A DNA stretch of 64,000 nt. It comes from an uncultured bacterium. GTDB taxonomy: Bacteria > Latescibacterota > MWCZ01 > CAZVGZ01. Below are positions 58,340 through 64,000 of this stretch, piece after piece. Position 1 is the first letter of the stretch. Each line of letters opens with the position of its first letter. Location: contig CAZVGZ010000010.1 in assembly GCA_964627605.1 (NCBI GenBank), positions 12,788 to 76,787 of the forward strand, written 5' to 3'. A model generated the notes under the pieces. The model searched no databases. It had not been told where the DNA came from and saw only the letters and a program-made list of their open reading frames with translations. A program made the position numbers and the translations under genes.

Positions 58340-58918
58340 CTAGCCAAGCGCCGCGGTAACCCGTTTCACAACAGCTTCGGCGCAGGCTTGCTGCCCATCA
58401 AGGCTCAGATGGAGCATGTCTTCGGAAAAATACCTTTCGATGTCGGAAGATACGACCGCGTGGAGATCATTAACCTCAATCCCGAAAGAGTTAATGAGCT
58501 CCAACACTGCGGTGTTGTACTGGTCGATCTCGCTATTCTTCCACCCCCAACCGTCATCGCGAAAGGGCCGCTGGGGATGAATAGGGGTCAAAGTCGCCCA
58601 AATTATTGTCGCGCCTGTGCCGACGAGCTGATCGTAGATTGCACGCAGATTTCCTATATAGTCGTCCAAAGGGAACTGCACGGGCTCCCTCGCTGGGTTA
58701 TGCCCCACGTCGTGAAGGCCGTTGTTCCAGTGCACTACCTGAGGCGTTCCCAATTCGTCGATCCAACCTGCCAGGTTGTCGTTGGTAAACGCACTGTATT
58801 GGCAGTTCTCCAACGGCCCCACGACTTGAGCGTCGGCCTCCATCATGTTGGCAACATGAGCTTGATAGCTCATCCTAATTGAGTCGCCCAAGAGTAGCAC
58901 TCGCGGCAGGTCAGCCAT
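58340..58918 (-). CDS. SGNH/GDSL hydrolase
   Basis: Block I LLLGDSIR, block III VVHWNNGLHDV, block V DMLHLS. 192 aa. Confidence 0.8.
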   Translation of the reverse strand: MADLPRVLLLGDSIRMSYQAHVANMMEADAQVVGPLENCQYSAFTNDNLAGWIDELGTPQVVHWNNGLHDVGHNPAREPVQFPLDDYIGNLRAIYDQLVGTGATIIWATLTPIHPQRPFRDDGWGWKNSEIDQYNTAVLELINSFGIEVNDLHAVVSSDIERYFSEDMLHLSLDGQQACAEAVVKRVTAALG

Positions 58919-59255
58919 AAACAGGGCCTTCGTTGTTGGGTGCGGTCATCGTGTAAAGATACCATCGTTTCTTGACCTGGCCCATGGATGCGGGCTGCCG
59001 AACGAAGTATATGGTCATCTGCTCGCCGGTGATCGTCCTGATAGTAAACCAATGTTTGCGCAGATATCTGTCCACACCGCCATGCGTTCTATCCGGCCCA
59101 AACTCATGCCAAGTATCGAGCAGCGCCGCTATCTCATATTCGGCCTTTCGCCAGACAAACCGCACGGGAAGCGCAGGTTCGCCCGTGGAGGCGCGCCTTG
59201 TATCCAACGTCCCCGCCACAGGTTTGATGATCTCGCTTATAAACTGTTCCGACAT
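58911..59255 (-). CDS. Hypothetical protein (114 aa)
   Basis: ORF in an operon-like context with an 8-nt overlap to the SGNH gene. No recognisable motif. Confidence 0.4.
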   Translation of the reverse strand: MSEQFISEIIKPVAGTLDTRRASTGEPALPVRFVWRKAEYEIAALLDTWHEFGPDRTHGGVDRYLRKHWFTIRTITGEQMTIYFVRQPASMGQVKKRWYLYTMTAPNNEGPVYG

Positions 59256-59258
59256 CTT

Positions 59259-60419
59259 TTACGCCCTGGGAAACTCGCCTTCTGGATTCCCCAACACCTC
59301 GTGAAGAATCGTCATGAACTTGCAGAGATTTGGAAACGTGACCGGCGGCTGAATTCCGTGATCGCCGTTGGGGAAATATCCACCTTGATCGATCAGTGCT
59401 GGCACTTTGCCCGATATCTCAGGCTCAATAGACTCTCCATTCCCCTCGTTGACAGCCTCCTTCTCCAACCCACCGAACAGCAAGAAATCTGGGTGGTTCC
59501 GGCGTACCTCGAACAGATCGTTGCCCGCCTTGACCTCAAAGGGGTAGATCGCGTTGACGCCCCAGGGCTCAATTACGTCAACGAACTCCATCGCGTTGCC
59601 ATCGGTATCTACTGCAAACACCGCTGCGCCATTGGCCCAAGCGCACTCTGCGATCTCGCGGTAGTACGCGGAAAAAAAGTCTTCGAACTGCTTTGGCGAC
59701 ACAAGCATACTGTGATTGTAGCACAGGTCCTCTCCCATCGCCACAATCTCAGGCCTCAATCGCTCGATCAGCGGAAACACGAGCTCTCTCTGATGTTCTA
59801 AATGCCACGCCATCATGTCATGAATCATTTCAGGGTCGTCATAGAACGCCAAGCTGGCGGCTTCAGGCCCCATCAAGCTACGCACAAACCCGTAGGTACT
59901 TCCTGCTCCCACGCAAAGCGACACGTCACGATTGTCGAACTTTTTGCATCGCTGGTCGATCTCGTCCGAACTCATCCGCGAGGTCGGTGTCATCCGTTCG
60001 CGCCAAAACTCCCACGAACCCCTATCGCGTACGGCGTAGCGGATGAATTCGGGCATAGTATAGGTTATGTCGTTGTCTATCACCTGCCGGGAAATCGATC
60101 CATTTTCGGACTCCACAACCTCGAACCCATCTTCTTCGCGACATGTGGTCCTAAACCCTGTCCCTCCGATCGCCAGCCCAAAGTCAGGATAGATTTGCCC
60201 TGTGGTGCCCCAGTAGCGATACCAGCTCTCGACCTCCATCACGCCGCCGACACGGTAGCAGCCGCCAATATGCTCCGGCATCCCAGTGGCCACCAATCGT
60301 TCGTAGGTTTTCTGCATGCATCCCGCCGACATCCCCGGCGCACCGGAGAACCCGAATATGGGCACGTAGTCCGGTGTTTCGAACCTGGCTACTGATAGAA
60401 ATCGTTCCTTGGGGGTCAT
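59259..60419 (-). CDS. URO-D-like family protein (MtaA/CmuA-type methyltransferase or decarboxylase-like), apparently intact
   Basis: N-terminus MTPKERFLSVARFETPDYVPIFG typical of the URO-D-like family. ~386 aa from the internal Met. Confidence 0.75.
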   Translation of the reverse strand: MTPKERFLSVARFETPDYVPIFGFSGAPGMSAGCMQKTYERLVATGMPEHIGGCYRVGGVMEVESWYRYWGTTGQIYPDFGLAIGGTGFRTTCREEDGFEVVESENGSISRQVIDNDITYTMPEFIRYAVRDRGSWEFWRERMTPTSRMSSDEIDQRCKKFDNRDVSLCVGAGSTYGFVRSLMGPEAASLAFYDDPEMIHDMMAWHLEHQRELVFPLIERLRPEIVAMGEDLCYNHSMLVSPKQFEDFFSAYYREIAECAWANGAAVFAVDTDGNAMEFVDVIEPWGVNAIYPFEVKAGNDLFEVRRNHPDFLLFGGLEKEAVNEGNGESIEPEISGKVPALIDQGGYFPNGDHGIQPPVTFPNLCKFMTILHEVLGNPEGEFPRA

Positions 60420-60493
60420 TATTACCGTGCAACCTTCCCTAATCTCCGCCGAACGAGCATATCTGTGTGGCAGGGGTGGGAGGCAAAAGAGAT

Positions 60494-62398
60494 CTACCAA
60501 CCTGTCCTGACAGTGTGGCCGTGGCCTGGAAAAAACACGGCGTCAACCAAAATACTGAGACCTAAGGCCACCGCGTGGCCGCACATCATGCCCAAAAACA
60601 TCGGCTTGACCCGATTTACAAGGCGTATACCGCCGATCTTGATGAGCACCGACTTCACCGCCCACGCCAGGAAAATATTCCATACCGTTATACTGACCGC
60701 CGCCGCTGTGGCGTATGTCAGGCCCACAGGATGCAGCCAAAAACCAGCGAATCGAGCTCGTACCGCCAAGACCGCCGCCATAAACACCATCCCGATGCCG
60801 AAAAACGCCAGACGATAGTAGTCTGGGCCCGTGGCGGCCTCTTTCTTCAGTCGAAGTGTCTCATACGCCTCTATGTGCCCGACCCTAAAGGGATGTGAGC
60901 CAAAATTGAAAGCTCCTACGTCGTACCCCAATACTATCATTGTCACCACCGCCACGGCTATGGCGGTAAACACGCCCAACCCCAACGCCAGATACAGCCT
61001 TCCGCGTGGTACCCCGCGTTCATCGCCCAACCGCCCAGCGAAAGCCACCTGTGGCATCATCATCCCATAGTTCGACCGAAAGAGCACATACGACAACACC
61101 AGCGCCGTCATACTGGCTTCAGGGATGTGCGACGTGCCCAGCGTCTGCATCACGAAAGTCTGTGCGCTCACAGCACCCTCGACCTGAAGAAAACACGATT
61201 CGACTATAACTTTCGCCATTCCCAACGTCAGCAAGAGGATCATCGGCAGAAACAGCAGCACCACGGTCCACGCCATCCCGGCTTCGTGAAACCAGAACGC
61301 CATATATATCAGCCCCGCCAAAAGCCCCCATGCCGCCACAGAGTAGCGACGACGGAAATTGTCCGGCAGATCAACATCGCGACCAAACGCCGATCGTGCG
61401 ACTTTCTTTAGGTGGATGCGCCCCATCCAAAGGCTCCACAGCACCCACAGCACTAGGCTCCCTAAACATTGCCATGCTGCTGTCTGAGTGCCCCAATCGC
61501 TCCAAGGCTCAAAGCCCGGATTCATCCCCTGCCCGAAACCGAACTTATTTCCCAAAGTGATCTCAGAACCGATCACCAGCCAACCGAGCCACATTCCTCT
61601 GAGAATTTGCAGCGGAGCGAAATATGCCAGCCCAAGAGCAAACACATCCACTCTGGTGGAGAAGCTGGGGATGTGTCTGGCTGCAAGTCCGGACGGGTCC
61701 TGCGTGAATGAGATGTGTGGAAACTGCGCGTTGAACCAGTTGAGAGTATTCCATCCTACAATTAGCAGCGGTACCGCGGCTCCGATCCAGAACATGGGAG
61801 AATGGTACCAATCGGTCTCCCAACGGCCATCTACCTCCCGACCGATGAGCGCCAAAGGAACGTCCGCCAGCGGAAATGTCAGCTTTTCGTGCTCGTGCCA
61901 CTGCTCGTGAACTATTGTCATCAGGCAGATGATGACTCCCAACGTGGCAGCGATGAGCGATCCCCACCACAGCAGCGGGACGGCCCAAATCCCCCAAGGG
62001 ATCGATCCACCAGGCGGAAGCCCGTTGTAAAACTGCCTTACTCCACCAAATTCGTTTGATGGTGAGGCCCAAGGCTTTAGGTGCGGGTGGAAAAACTCTG
62101 CCCACCGGTTCTCAGCGGACGCGAAATACTCCGGCGCAGACATGACGCCCAGCATGTTACCCATCACGCCAAGCTGGAACGAAGACGCCCCAAGCCACAG
62201 CACCGCGAACACCACCGCTAGCTCACCCGTACTGAAACCATTACTGATCCGGCTGCGAGCGATCCAGCGATTTAGAGCTAGAAACACGATGAAAAACAGC
62301 AAGACGCCAGCGGAAAGAACGCCCTGCTCAAGCCGTGAAGAAAAGAGTTTGTACACCGACACCGGCGCGGCGATTGCGTACAGAACTGTCAGCAACAT
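60494..62398 (-). CDS. Large polytopic integral membrane protein (~14 TM helices), function unknown
   Basis: 634 aa with many hydrophobic helices and Trp-rich loops. No catalytic motif recognised. Confidence 0.55.
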   Translation of the reverse strand: MLLTVLYAIAAPVSVYKLFSSRLEQGVLSAGVLLFFIVFLALNRWIARSRISNGFSTGELAVVFAVLWLGASSFQLGVMGNMLGVMSAPEYFASAENRWAEFFHPHLKPWASPSNEFGGVRQFYNGLPPGGSIPWGIWAVPLLWWGSLIAATLGVIICLMTIVHEQWHEHEKLTFPLADVPLALIGREVDGRWETDWYHSPMFWIGAAVPLLIVGWNTLNWFNAQFPHISFTQDPSGLAARHIPSFSTRVDVFALGLAYFAPLQILRGMWLGWLVIGSEITLGNKFGFGQGMNPGFEPWSDWGTQTAAWQCLGSLVLWVLWSLWMGRIHLKKVARSAFGRDVDLPDNFRRRYSVAAWGLLAGLIYMAFWFHEAGMAWTVVLLFLPMILLLTLGMAKVIVESCFLQVEGAVSAQTFVMQTLGTSHIPEASMTALVLSYVLFRSNYGMMMPQVAFAGRLGDERGVPRGRLYLALGLGVFTAIAVAVVTMIVLGYDVGAFNFGSHPFRVGHIEAYETLRLKKEAATGPDYYRLAFFGIGMVFMAAVLAVRARFAGFWLHPVGLTYATAAAVSITVWNIFLAWAVKSVLIKIGGIRLVNRVKPMFLGMMCGHAVALGLSILVDAVFFPGHGHTVRTGW

Positions 62399-62563
62399 CC
62401 CAACAAGCAGCGCCCTTGCCGTGAATGTCCCCCGGGAGGGGGTCTTTGAAGCCTGATCGTTCAGGAAGAACCTCCGCTAATCATCTGCGTGCACTGCAAC
62501 GCTGTACACACCTAGACGGTTTTTAAAAAAGCACAATCCCATAGACACGATCAATTCTTGAGA

Positions 62564-63449
62564 TTAGAGCCACTTTTTGAGGAACTTGAACGCTCCTACA
62601 CCGTGGAACTGATATTCGCCTTCAAATATCTCGTGACCCACCCGGTCTGGCACACCTGCCGCATCGTAGATATACTCAAGCCGGTTGACCGCCCTACGAA
62701 AAGCCGCTACCGGGAAAATGCTGTCTCTTGTTCCGTTTTCGAAAAACGCTGGGCGAGGTGCTATCAGGCCAGCTATGTCAGGCATTTCAGCCAGTTGCAG
62801 GATACCTGAGTACGAAGTTGTCCACGCAGTGGTGCATCGCCAGAATGCTGGATTTGAACTCGTTGAGATAGCAGCCCACCACCGCCACTTTGATACGGGT
62901 GTCGATGGCGGAGCTAATATAGAGTGGCGGTTCCCCCGCCGGAAATCCCCATACAACCGATCCGCGACCCGTCTACCTCTTTGCGCGATTTGAGGTAGTC
63001 CACCGCCCTCATCACGTCGTATACGCGAATGCCTATCATGGTGGTGCCCAGAGCCAAAGCGTTGACTGTGGCGACATTACACCCTTGCAGTTTTTCGAAG
63101 GTCGTATTCCTCTCGCCAAAGCAGAGCTGCTCCATCGCTAGAGCGACGTATCCCTGCCTGACCGTCTGAATGGCGAAATCTTCTGATAGCCTCCCAACTC
63201 TGAGCGCTGCGATCCGTCCTCCTCAATCCCAACAATGTCGTCTTTGCCCCGACTGTGCCCTGGCACGCACACGATCCCAGGCAGTCGCTTCTGGCGGCCC
63301 TTCGGCGTCAGCAAGAAAGCTGGCATCTGCAAGCCAGGGCGTGTGGTGATGACGACTTTTTCGCGGACGTAATCTTCAAACTCTACGCGACCCACAATTT
63401 GTGGCTTCAAAGGCTCTTTGGTCTTGGAAAACCCCCAACGGCTTTGCAC
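62564..63449 (-). pseudogene. Alpha/beta hydrolase (acetyl-xylan-esterase / dienelactone-hydrolase-like) broken into three frames by two frameshifts
   Basis: N-terminal part in the 63138..63449 frame. Nucleophile elbow GCMGISGGG in the 62914..63135 frame. C-terminal LIAPRPAFFENGTRD...HEIFEGEYQFHG in the 62564..62956 frame. One shift maps near 63185-63200. Confidence 0.6.
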
Positions 63450-64000
63450 AGATTTCTGCGCAACTGCCCCTGCCAGGAGGTTAGGTCGTCGCCGGTCTTA
63501 GCTGTGAACGGGAGTTCTAGGCTCCAGGTCGCTGTAGAGGCCATCCATAAACGTGATCGGATCGAACATCTCTCAGGTGTCAGTTGGCATCATCGCCTCG
63601 GTTGGTTGGTGAGTATCGGGATTGGAACAAGAGTAGTTGACCCGCCAACGGTTACGACAAACGCCCGGCTGTCGGTCGTCATGTCCAGCGTGATGTAGCC
63701 GCACAGGTCATCCAGGTTTTGGATTCGGATCACCTGCACTTCCCTCACAGCTCCCGTGCTGCGGCTAAGTACGAGCACCCTGATTAGGCCAGCGAACCCT
63801 TCTCCGTCGTCTGTAACATCGGCGTTGGTCTGTCGATTGTCGTCGTTCAGTTGGGAGTAGATCGTTGAGTCTGCGCAGGCGGTGAGGTATGCAACATGTT
63901 CACCATCCAAAGGAACAAGAATATCGTCGATGGAAGCGGTCGCCGAGGCGGTGTGGGACGTGCAGAGCGAAGGGTTCCACGACGCCTCTCCGCATAGCTC

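Noticed and set aside
1-64000. CRISPR arrays, transposases, integrases, prophage or known defence-system genes
   Set aside because: No short direct-repeat/spacer arrays were seen and none of the ORFs show transposase, integrase, reverse transcriptase, Cas or restriction-modification hallmarks. The odd junctions are better explained by deletions than by mobile elements.

Overview
This 64 kb window is a GC-rich bacterial chromosomal segment that mixes housekeeping genes with a large carbohydrate-active and accessory gene content.

Housekeeping genes are trkA, the class A PBP gene mrcA, sucC/sucD, ndk, yceD–rpmF–fabH–fabD–fabG–acpP–fabF–rnc, pgi, rarA and polA. Accessory genes include a cytoplasmic Cys-type sulfatase, an NDP-sugar pyrophosphorylase, an AGE-family epimerase, a DgoD-like dehydratase and a co-directional cluster of GT4, HpcH aldolase, sugar-phosphate isomerase and CE4 deacetylase. 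Also present are three uroporphyrinogen-decarboxylase-like (URO-D-like) paralogs, two SGNH hydrolases, an FG-GAP repeat protein, beta-propeller proteins and an orphan type IX secretion (T9SS) C-terminal sorting domain.

I found no rRNA, tRNA, CRISPR array, transposase, integrase or recognisable defence system.

The most striking signals are structural:
- A lipoprotein CocE/NonD hydrolase plus a tandem copy of its C-terminal domain is inserted into the fab operon.
- An AGE-family epimerase gene is inserted between sucC and sucD.
- A truncated 3-hydroxyacyl-CoA dehydrogenase 5' end is fused to an acetate kinase that lacks its N-terminus.
- At least ten genes are truncated, frameshifted or carry an in-frame stop, which points either to active gene decay or to indel and chimera errors in the assembly.

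The orphan T9SS sorting domain suggests an FCB-group or related candidate phylum, but taxonomy is not determinable from sequence alone.

All calls are made by eye from the six-frame translations and motifs, with no database searches.
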